NCBI GenBank assembly: GCA_031284015.1
Contig: JAITAS010000062.1
Location: 1 to 58,172 of the forward strand
Direction: 5' to 3'
DNA from: Puniceicoccales bacterium
GTDB taxonomy: Bacteria > Verrucomicrobiota > Verrucomicrobiia > Opitutales > JAIRKQ01
DNA length: 58,172 nucleotides
The notes under the pieces are model-generated. The model made no database searches, had not been told where the DNA came from, and saw only the letters and a program-made list of their open reading frames with translations. Both the position numbers and the translations under genes were made by a program. This document shows, in pieces, positions 29,397 to 37,476 of the stretch. Numbering within the stretch: position 1 is the first letter of the stretch; each line of letters opens with the position of its first letter.

Positions 29397-32363
29397 CTAA
29401 ATTTCATTTTCGTCTAACCAGCGAAATAGAATTATTTTATATCTACGACCAAACTTTCTATTTACCTTAGACAGATTTTCTTCCACATCACCCGGAGCAT
29501 TTTCATTTCCATTGACATATTCTGGAACTCTCTGAATAATTGCTTCGCAATAGGCTTTTTCGATGACTTTGCCTGAGGTATCAACACAATTTCCTACCGT
29601 GCGAACCAGAAATGTATCACCTCTCGTACATAAAAAATGAGACGTTGTTTGTAAAATATCTGCCTGATTGACAACATTTGGCAAATTTTCTTCTAAAAAT
29701 CCACTTGCAGATATGTCATCATAGGATGGAATATTCCTGGAAAAATTGATATAATTGTGTTCAAAAGCGGAATTCACTCTGGTTTCGTCTATTGCTTTCT
29801 GTAAAATGCCCATCCTACTGCACTCCATCGGATCTTCTGCAATTGTCCTATTAACAAATTCACCAATACTGAAGAAAGGTGAATGGCGCCTTTGCATTAA
29901 AGTCGTTATTTTTTCGGATAAATTTTTGATCTTTTGTCCATCAAAAGATGGCATTTTGTTTGATAACTTCTCGCTATAAAATCTAGGAAAAACAACATCT
30001 CCTTGGTCGTTTTTGACCGATGACAAAACACATTGCCAAAGAATGGGATCTCTCGTATTTATGTTAAACGGTCCGTCAATTAGCAAAATTTGTGCTAAAT
30101 TTTCATCATCCACCGATGGAGTGCCACTTAACGATTTAAACCGCTTGTTTATTAGTAACATTAGATCATCATCAACGCTAGGACCTCTATTTCTTGTGGA
30201 AACAAAATATTTATCGAAAATAGCCTCATTCAACAAATACGAATAGTCATAGAGAGATTCAACATGGCCGTGAGATGTCCAAGTCGTCGCCAGGGTCCTA
30301 TTTTCATGGAACGTTTTGTTTATTGGTACGAGGGGATTTGCCCGTGAACTTCCAAAAATTTGACTTGGAAAATATCCAAATGGCAAAAAATTTACATGTC
30401 GTAGATGTCCAATATTCAAAACACCACACATTTTATCGGGAACATCAAACAACACCAAACCATTTAGATAGTCAAGCATTGCCTTATCTAAACCCACGGG
30501 TGTTTCTGAATCGACGATATGCACATTCCAATTCCAATTTCCCGGAACAAAATCTTCCCGAAAGAATATCGATGTATACCCCTGACAAACCGCACGATTA
30601 ACATATTGGGCACGCGGATTACACGTGGCCAACCATCGCACACCATTTCTACCCTCAGCATCACCCAGAATACCATATTTCATGCGGGAACAAAATGCAA
30701 AGCAATTAACGTTTCTTTCCGAGACCATACGCTCACACTCAATTCTTTCATTGCTCCGAGGATCTAGCTCTGCAATCTCTTGCAAGATCTTATTATCGTC
30801 GCCTTTTAATCTCCAGTAAAAACAGTCCCAATACTTATTAATGCCGCCGTTTGCGTTTTTACACTGCAACCTAATCGTAGAATAGTTTCCAACCGCAACA
30901 CCGGTGTCCATGTACACAAAATTCGACATCTCCTCGGTGTTGGACAATTGATTGCCTTTACTCCAATCAATGGCTTTTGAACTTGCCAACGAAAAAATTT
31001 TGGTTTCTCCAGCTTTGAAATCCGTGGAAAATTTTAATTTTAAGATGGGCGACACATCATTTGCAAGCTTAGTATCTACCAAGCTCCGTGCCGTTAAATG
31101 CATAAAGCTCTGCTGGGCGTTGCTAAATCCAAGCAGCGTCAACCCAATCGTATTGGCGGGATCATTATAGGGCACACACAGTTCCAGTATATAATTTGCC
31201 GGTTGCAGGTCGATATCATATGGGTTCCAAAGCACAATTTGTGGAACAAAAGTAAATGCAAAATTTCCATCAATGATAGCTACTCCAATATTGACATTCA
31301 ACTGCACCATTAAAGGATAAATTCCATGTATTGTTGCTAGCTGTAGATCGTTTCCGGGGGAAATTAGGGTTGCTCCGTCGTAATTTTTGAACATTTGAGG
31401 CCGGAACATTGGGTCTGTGGCGAACACAGGCATACGACTGTTCTTAAATTTATTGGGCAGATCAAAAAATGATAGCAAAAAATCCAACGTGGGAACATAG
31501 GCTGGTAGTTCCGTTTGTGGAACAAATAAATATCGACTGGAATCTTTATAATTTTCCATCTGCGATAAGTCTTGGCGCAAACCTCCTCGTTTAGCATCAC
31601 TCAAAACTCCCAGGGAATGTAAGGTAAAAATGTGCTTGTTCCGTGAAAAAATCTTCGGAATAGATTGCCACACACATGAAAGTTGTTCTGGAAAATCAAT
31701 CTTGGTAAGCATAAAATTATTTTTTATCCAGTTATTTTTCCCAAAAATCCCGTCAACGTCAAACGTCTGCGGACAACAGTAACGAATTTTCCTAGCCCTA
31801 AAATTAGAATACTGTGAATACCTATCGACCAAGTTGATTTTAATTTTTTGACTTTCATCGGATATCCAAAAGCCATATTGACCGACTATCCTATTGGAAT
31901 TTTTTAGATCAACTAATTTGACATAAACATCATCGCCAATGTCAGAAGAAAAAACTTTTTCTTCCTTCCCAATTCTGTCGTAAAAAATAGAATCAAAACT
32001 TTCTGAATCTTCATTGGATACCAACCACCCAAGAAAATTTTGCCCGTCATCAGATTTTGTCTCGGAAGTATCCCAAACACCGACATAGTACTTTCTACCC
32101 TTACTCACATTACTAATTGGACTAACAAAAGCTGTCGCACAGGTATCACATCCCGTGAGTTTTTGTAGTTTTTCAATCGCCAAACCGAGAGCGAACAAAG
32201 CCATATCTTTAGCCATATCGACATTTGTTTCCTTCCTTAGGTGCAAAATTTCTATGTAATTAAGGGTGCTGATATTTGTAAAAATTCCTCCGATGAGCAA
32301 TAAAACTAGTACTACGAAAATCAGTGCTACTCCCCTATCATTTCGAACCATTACTTTAAGCAT
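29397..32363 (-). CDS. Giant PilX/GspK-like minor-pseudopilin-type protein (988 aa), function unknown
   Basis: The N-terminus MLKVMVRNDRGVALIFVVLVLLLIGGIF is a PilX_N/GspK-type anchor. Internal YGFWISDESQKIKINL resembles the GspK-like hallmark (W..DE..KiN.N). C-terminal TRGDTFLVRTVGNCVDTSGKVIEKAYCEAIIQRVPEYV resembles the terminal strands of GspK-like proteins. No catalytic motif was seen. Confidence 0.45.
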   Translation of the reverse strand: MLKVMVRNDRGVALIFVVLVLLLIGGIFTNISTLNYIEILHLRKETNVDMAKDMALFALGLAIEKLQKLTGCDTCATAFVSPISNVSKGRKYYVGVWDTSETKSDDGQNFLGWLVSNEDSESFDSIFYDRIGKEEKVFSSDIGDDVYVKLVDLKNSNRIVGQYGFWISDESQKIKINLVDRYSQYSNFRARKIRYCCPQTFDVDGIFGKNNWIKNNFMLTKIDFPEQLSCVWQSIPKIFSRNKHIFTLHSLGVLSDAKRGGLRQDLSQMENYKDSSRYLFVPQTELPAYVPTLDFLLSFFDLPNKFKNSRMPVFATDPMFRPQMFKNYDGATLISPGNDLQLATIHGIYPLMVQLNVNIGVAIIDGNFAFTFVPQIVLWNPYDIDLQPANYILELCVPYNDPANTIGLTLLGFSNAQQSFMHLTARSLVDTKLANDVSPILKLKFSTDFKAGETKIFSLASSKAIDWSKGNQLSNTEEMSNFVYMDTGVAVGNYSTIRLQCKNANGGINKYWDCFYWRLKGDDNKILQEIAELDPRSNERIECERMVSERNVNCFAFCSRMKYGILGDAEGRNGVRWLATCNPRAQYVNRAVCQGYTSIFFREDFVPGNWNWNVHIVDSETPVGLDKAMLDYLNGLVLFDVPDKMCGVLNIGHLRHVNFLPFGYFPSQIFGSSRANPLVPINKTFHENRTLATTWTSHGHVESLYDYSYLLNEAIFDKYFVSTRNRGPSVDDDLMLLINKRFKSLSGTPSVDDENLAQILLIDGPFNINTRDPILWQCVLSSVKNDQGDVVFPRFYSEKLSNKMPSFDGQKIKNLSEKITTLMQRRHSPFFSIGEFVNRTIAEDPMECSRMGILQKAIDETRVNSAFEHNYINFSRNIPSYDDISASGFLEENLPNVVNQADILQTTSHFLCTRGDTFLVRTVGNCVDTSGKVIEKAYCEAIIQRVPEYVNGNENAPGDVEENLSKVNRKFGRRYKIILFRWLDENEI

Positions 32364-32572
32364 ACTAATGTCCTTAATGTCCTCAACAAACCATTTTAAG
32401 TTTTAATTTTTACAGAAATTTGAAACCTAAATTCCCGCAGGAAAGCACAGTAGTCCAATGGCCAATTTACGTGATTTCATGGTCATGGAATTCTGCTACT
32501 TGCTTTACGGTAACTCCAATATGATATCAAATATCCCAGGGAAATTTACTTGTTCCTTTGGAAAAAGGTAAA

Positions 32573-33121
32573 CTATTGATAAATCAGTGCGTTAGGATTC
32601 TCTTTTAGTAACATGGTTTGCCAAAGGGATTCTTCCCGTTCCGTTGAACCTAACAATTGCTTAGGAGAGCCTACCACCCATAGGCCTTTGTTTACATCAT
32701 TGTAAATGTGTCGATCGAATTTACAATATCCAAGAAAAGCCCGAAATTGAATATTGTTGTTTGTCTCTTCCAGTCTGAAAGCCTCTTCTGGGGTAATCAT
32801 GTGATAAATCTCAAAAACTTTTCGTCTATCGTCAAATACCCAAGCTGTCAGGATGACCGTCGAATTTCCATGGGGGCCACCTTGATAGACAGGAACATTG
32901 CTGATGGGCGAATCTTCAAACTTTTTCCCTAAAGCTTTTAGCATAACATTTAATGGACGATTCAAGATTACCCCCGTAATACTATTTCCAGTGTCAGATT
33001 CCACAAATAGTATGGTTTTCTCAAACTGCTTATCTTCCAATATGGGATGTGCAATAAGCATTTTGCCTGCCAATGATCCTGCTACTTTTTCTGTCAGCCT
33101 GGCGAATGTTTTATTTTCCAT
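32573..33121 (-). CDS. YqgE/AlgH-family protein (DUF179)
   Basis: 182 aa. AGKMLIAHPILEDKQFEKTILFVESD...GVILNRPL and VYQGGP fit the AlgH family pattern (G.lLiA.P.l.d..F.rsVi.l..h...Ga.GlilNrP...v..GGPv). Confidence 0.8.
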   Translation of the reverse strand: MENKTFARLTEKVAGSLAGKMLIAHPILEDKQFEKTILFVESDTGNSITGVILNRPLNVMLKALGKKFEDSPISNVPVYQGGPHGNSTVILTAWVFDDRRKVFEIYHMITPEEAFRLEETNNNIQFRAFLGYCKFDRHIYNDVNKGLWVVGSPKQLLGSTEREESLWQTMLLKENPNALIYQ

Positions 33122-33509
33122 GGAGCTATATATTTTATATTTTATTAAAAATTTTTAAATCAAAAACTTTAAAGATAATTTTTTCATACGTTTTCATAAA
33201 CAATCATTTGAAACTTCAATTTTACCGATATCATTATCTCGAAACCCCATGGTTAGTCGGCAAATGAGGGAAAAATAGGGTGATGAAAAAAGAATAGATT
33301 TTTTGAAATATTGAAATGGCATGGTTTTGAGTATAAAAATATAAACAATAGGTCGCCGCTGATAAAATAAAGGTTTTAAAAATTAAAGCATGATTTGCTG
33401 GTGACTTTCACTGGTAGTCCCTATGATAAATTTTTATCAAAACATATTTGTGTTTCGTTATTTTTTAGTTGCGATTTAAAGATAATAGCTATTAACTAAT
33501 GACAGTTTT

Positions 33510-34136
33510 ATGAAGTATTTGAAGTTATTAGTGACAAAAAGAGATGAGTTTGGCCGTGGTTCAATAGGAAGGTTGCGTGCATCCGGAAAAGTTCCTGCCG
33601 TTGTATACGGGCACTCTGGAACGACGGCACTGACAGTCGATGAAAAGGATTTGAAGATACTCTTAAAAGAGAAGGGACATTCTGCATCTTTGGTAAACGT
33701 TGAGATAAAGGGAGACAGAGTATACCTCTCTGATATTGCTGATATTCAGCGAGATCCAGTAACCGACAAGTTTCTTCACATAGATTTCCATGAAGTTTTA
33801 CAATCGGAAAAAATGACCACCGTTGTTCCCATTGAATTTTTTGGAGAATCTATTGGGGTTAAACAGAACGGCGGAGTTCTAGACATTGCTCGCCATGAAG
33901 TTACTGTAAAGTGCTTGCCTGCCGACCTTCCATCATCCATACGTGTAGATGTTAGTGGTTTAGACATTGGAACAATTGTACACTTAGGTGATCTTGTAAT
34001 ACCAAGTGGAGTTGAATTGGTCGGAGATTCGGCTTCACCAGTTGCTTCATGTAATTCCATTGCCACCGAAGAAGCCAAGAAAACAGTCACTGCAGAAATA
34101 CCAGCCACCGAGGAGGTTGCTCAAAAGGCAGAATAG
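33510..34136 (+). CDS. rplY: 50S ribosomal protein L25 / general stress protein Ctc (long form)
   Basis: 208 aa. RDEFGRGSIGRLRASGKVPAVVYG, IQRDPVTDKFLHIDF and the C-terminal TL5-type extension are present. Confidence 0.85.
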   Translation: MKYLKLLVTKRDEFGRGSIGRLRASGKVPAVVYGHSGTTALTVDEKDLKILLKEKGHSASLVNVEIKGDRVYLSDIADIQRDPVTDKFLHIDFHEVLQSEKMTTVVPIEFFGESIGVKQNGGVLDIARHEVTVKCLPADLPSSIRVDVSGLDIGTIVHLGDLVIPSGVELVGDSASPVASCNSIATEEAKKTVTAEIPATEEVAQKAE

Positions 34137-34145
34137 TGAAAAATT

Positions 34146-34727
34146 ATGGCTGATAGCCTAATAATTGGATTGGGCAATCCGGGCACAGAGTATGATTTGA
34201 CTCGACACAATCTAGGTTTTGCTGTTGTTAATACGTTTATAAGTGAAAAGAAGTTGCGCTGGACCCTAGACAAAAGACATAAAGCTTATACGGCTAAATA
34301 TTCCATGGATACAAAACTAGTGATTTTGGCCAAACCGGCAACATACATGAACGAAAGCGGTACTGCTGTTCTAAAATTGTGTAGTTACTACAAAATCCCT
34401 GCCACAAAGGTCATAATTATCTATGATGATATAGCATTCCCCGTCGGAGACTTTAGAATTCATGGCAGAGAAGGAACGGGCGGACACAATGGTGTCGGCG
34501 ATATTTTATCAAAAATTGGGGTAGGTTTTATACGATATAGGATTGGAATTGGAGGAAAATTTCATCCACAAATGGATCTCAAAGACTACGTTTTAAGCAA
34601 ATTCTCTACCCATGAATTGCAAACCTTAAAAGACACAATGCCAAAAATATTAGAGTATTTACAACTACTGCTTGACAAAGGGCTCGAATATACCATGAAT
34701 CTAGCAAATCGAAAAAGTTTAGGGTGA
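34146..34727 (+). CDS. pth: Peptidyl-tRNA hydrolase
   Basis: 193 aa. It has LIIGLGNPGTEYDLTRHNLGF, MNESG and GGHNGV motifs. Confidence 0.9.
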   Translation: MADSLIIGLGNPGTEYDLTRHNLGFAVVNTFISEKKLRWTLDKRHKAYTAKYSMDTKLVILAKPATYMNESGTAVLKLCSYYKIPATKVIIIYDDIAFPVGDFRIHGREGTGGHNGVGDILSKIGVGFIRYRIGIGGKFHPQMDLKDYVLSKFSTHELQTLKDTMPKILEYLQLLLDKGLEYTMNLANRKSLG

Positions 34728-34728
34728 T

Positions 34729-35016
34729 ATGAGGAAATATACTGCAAGTTTTATATTAGACATGCGCGGATGTCCAGACACAGTCGATGCGGTAATGAAA
34801 CGACTATCCGGCATTATAACCGATCTCGGAGGAAAAATTGAAGCGGCTGAAAATCTAGGGCAAAAAAATTTCGAACGGGTAGTTAATAAAAATTTTCCAA
34901 GCGGAATGTATGTGCAGTTCTTATTTGAAGGAGTTCCTTCCATAGCTGAAGGAATAAGAGCAAAACTTAGGCTGGATAAAACCATCAATAGGCTTTTAAT
35001 AGAGTCCACAAGGTAA
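34729..35016 (+). CDS. rpsF: 30S ribosomal protein S6
   Basis: 95 aa. It has an MRKYTASFILD start and S6-like length and pattern, and sits in an rpsF-ssb-rplI context. Confidence 0.85.
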   Translation: MRKYTASFILDMRGCPDTVDAVMKRLSGIITDLGGKIEAAENLGQKNFERVVNKNFPSGMYVQFLFEGVPSIAEGIRAKLRLDKTINRLLIESTR

Positions 35017-35027
35017 TTATTTTAATC

Positions 35028-35516
35028 ATGGCCTCTTTCAACAAAGTAATTTTAATGGGAAATTTTACCCGTGATCCCGAGTTAAGAGTAACCCAGCAGG
35101 GAACTTCCATTTGTAAGTTTTCAGTGGCCGTTAGCCGACAAACAAAATCGGCGGATGGAACAATGAAGGAAGAAACAGCATTTGTCGATGTTGATGCATT
35201 TGGGAAGCAAGCTGAAGTTATTGGCAAATATTTTATTAAGGGACGTCCGATCTTACTCGAAGGTCGACTAAGGTTAGATCAGTGGGAAAGCCAATCTGGC
35301 GAAAAACGTAGTAAACTCGGTGTGGTGTTGGAAAATTTTCAGTTCGTGGGATCTCGTGCCGATGCTGAAGAAAGTAGTACCGCGCCGTTACAAAATACTT
35401 CCGAATCTCACCAAGAACCCATCGACCAATTGGTAGAGGATTTATCACAAAATAAAGCAGCAAAGCACAAACCAGCGTATACCAATGTACAATTGGACGA
35501 AGATGTTCCCTTTTAA
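35028..35516 (+). CDS. ssb: Single-stranded DNA-binding protein
   Basis: 162 aa. It has the OB-fold N-terminus MASFNKVILMGNFTRDPELR, a disordered linker and the canonical acidic tail DEDVPF. Confidence 0.9.
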   Translation: MASFNKVILMGNFTRDPELRVTQQGTSICKFSVAVSRQTKSADGTMKEETAFVDVDAFGKQAEVIGKYFIKGRPILLEGRLRLDQWESQSGEKRSKLGVVLENFQFVGSRADAEESSTAPLQNTSESHQEPIDQLVEDLSQNKAAKHKPAYTNVQLDEDVPF

Positions 35517-35527
35517 AGAGTAAATTT

Positions 35528-35992
35528 ATGGCAACGACCGAAATATTATTGTTGAAACATGTACAATCCCTTGGTGCAGAAGGAGATCGAATTAGAGTTA
35601 AGGCTGGGTATGCCCGAAATTTTCTTTTTCCCAATGAAATTGCGGTGCCAATGACAAAAGCTAACAAAAAGCAAATGGAAGCTTTACAAAAGGCTCGGGC
35701 GATGCGTGAAAAATTGAACCTTGAACAATCCCAGGCGCTACTGGAAAAGCTTTCCAGCGTATCCTTAGCCATTGTGGTTAAAACCGGTGACAATGGAAAG
35801 ATGTTCGGAGCCGTGACCGCCAAGGAAATCTCTAGCGGTCTCGAACAAAAAGGCCTGGAGATAGATAGGAAAAAAATACACTTCGCTTCTCCAGTGAAAG
35901 AGATTGGTCGTCATAGGGCATTAATCAAATTACACGATACAATTACATTCGATTTATATTTTGATGTCGTATCCGAAAACCCCATAAACTAA
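35528..35992 (+). CDS. rplI: 50S ribosomal protein L9
   Basis: 154 aa. ILLKHVQSLGAEGDRIRVKAGYARNFLFP matches the L9 N-domain signature. Confidence 0.9.
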   Translation: MATTEILLLKHVQSLGAEGDRIRVKAGYARNFLFPNEIAVPMTKANKKQMEALQKARAMREKLNLEQSQALLEKLSSVSLAIVVKTGDNGKMFGAVTAKEISSGLEQKGLEIDRKKIHFASPVKEIGRHRALIKLHDTITFDLYFDVVSENPIN

Positions 35993-36047
35993 TATAGTTT
36001 TGTATGGTTTCGAGCGTAGAGCTCCCCTTCGGGAACGGCTGAGGGTT

Positions 36048-37466
36048 ATGAATTCCAGTAGAAAAGCTAAACAGTTTGATAATTCTGTCGTTTGCGAACA
36101 TTTCACCGGTCGTGCTCAGCCGCATAGCGTTGACTTTGAACAAGCACTGTTAGCTTGTTGCATAATCGAAGGAGGACAGGATAGCATAACTTTTAGTTTA
36201 CAAAGTAGAATTTCTGCCGACTCATTCTATCTGCCTGCCCATAAGATATTGTGGGAAACCATAGTTAATATTTACGAAGAAGGAATTCCCGTTAATGAAA
36301 TTTTCTTAGCAGATCGCCTAAAATCCATAGGAAAACTGGATTCTATTGGGGGTATAAATTTTATTAATAGAATTTGTGACCGGATCGATACTCCAGCACA
36401 TATCGTGCATTATGTGAAACGCGTGCGAGATTTGGAGCTTACTAGGCGTATAATCACAGCATCCGTAAAGAACATTGAGCGTGCATATGGTGAAACGGAT
36501 GAACTTGATGGTTTCATAGAAAAGGCAGAAAATGAAATATTTGCCATAAGCTCAGATCGCATTTCTGACTGTGCCGTTCCAATAAAAAAATCTATTACTT
36601 CGGCGATTAATACCATTCAGTTGATGCTACATCACCGGGGAGAATTAACAGGTTTACCATCCGGATTCACAGACTTGGACAGGATGACATTCGGATTTAG
36701 GCCAAGCGAAATGATTGTGATAGCTGCTCGGCCATCGATGGGAAAAACTAGCCTAGCAATGAATATTGCTGAAAATGCCATTGTGCCGAAAAAAGGACGT
36801 ACTCCCAAAAAAGTTTTATTTTTTAGCCTGGAAATGAGCTCTGAACAACTGGCTTTGCGTATGTTGTGTGGCCGGGCAGGAGTAAATATGACCAAATTGC
36901 ACGATGGATTCATTCCCAAGAGTGCAAGTGAATCCTTGTTGGAGGTAGCTAAAGAGCTTCAAGCGGCACCATTGTGGATAGACGAGTCGACCAATTTGAC
37001 TATTTTAGAGATGCGGGCCAAAGCACGTAGGATGCATAGTAAAGAACACATTGATCTGATTGTAATAGATTATCTACAACTTGTTAACGGTGATAGCAGG
37101 ATACCACGGGAACAACAAATTTCTGAAATTTCACGTGGGATAAAAGCCATGGCAAAGGAATTAAAAATTCCTGTGATTGTTTTAAGTCAGCTGAATCGGG
37201 ATTCGGAAAAGGAAAGACGTCAACCCAAATTGTCTGACTTGCGAGAATCTGGAGCAATTGAACAGGATGCAGATGTTGTATTGATATTGACCAAGCAAAT
37301 TAATTCTTCCGATAACGACGCTGACAATGATTTTGACGGAAATACCGTTGTACGCGACTTAGTAGTTGCAAAACACCGGAATGGTCCTATTGGTGTTGTT
37401 CCACTGGTGTTCGTACGGAGCCTGACAAGATTTGAAAGTTATGTAGATGAAAATATTTGCGAATGA
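36048..37466 (+). CDS. dnaB: Replicative DNA helicase DnaB (start placed at Met17 of ORF 36000-37466, preceded by GAGGG)
   Basis: It has the N-domain PHSVDFEQALLACCIIEG, Walker A ARPSMGKTSLAMNIA, Walker B LIVIDYLQL, and SQLNR and RESGAIEQDADV motifs. Confidence 0.9.
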   Translation: MNSSRKAKQFDNSVVCEHFTGRAQPHSVDFEQALLACCIIEGGQDSITFSLQSRISADSFYLPAHKILWETIVNIYEEGIPVNEIFLADRLKSIGKLDSIGGINFINRICDRIDTPAHIVHYVKRVRDLELTRRIITASVKNIERAYGETDELDGFIEKAENEIFAISSDRISDCAVPIKKSITSAINTIQLMLHHRGELTGLPSGFTDLDRMTFGFRPSEMIVIAARPSMGKTSLAMNIAENAIVPKKGRTPKKVLFFSLEMSSEQLALRMLCGRAGVNMTKLHDGFIPKSASESLLEVAKELQAAPLWIDESTNLTILEMRAKARRMHSKEHIDLIVIDYLQLVNGDSRIPREQQISEISRGIKAMAKELKIPVIVLSQLNRDSEKERRQPKLSDLRESGAIEQDADVVLILTKQINSSDNDADNDFDGNTVVRDLVVAKHRNGPIGVVPLVFVRSLTRFESYVDENICE

Positions 37467-37476
37467 GAATGCTACC

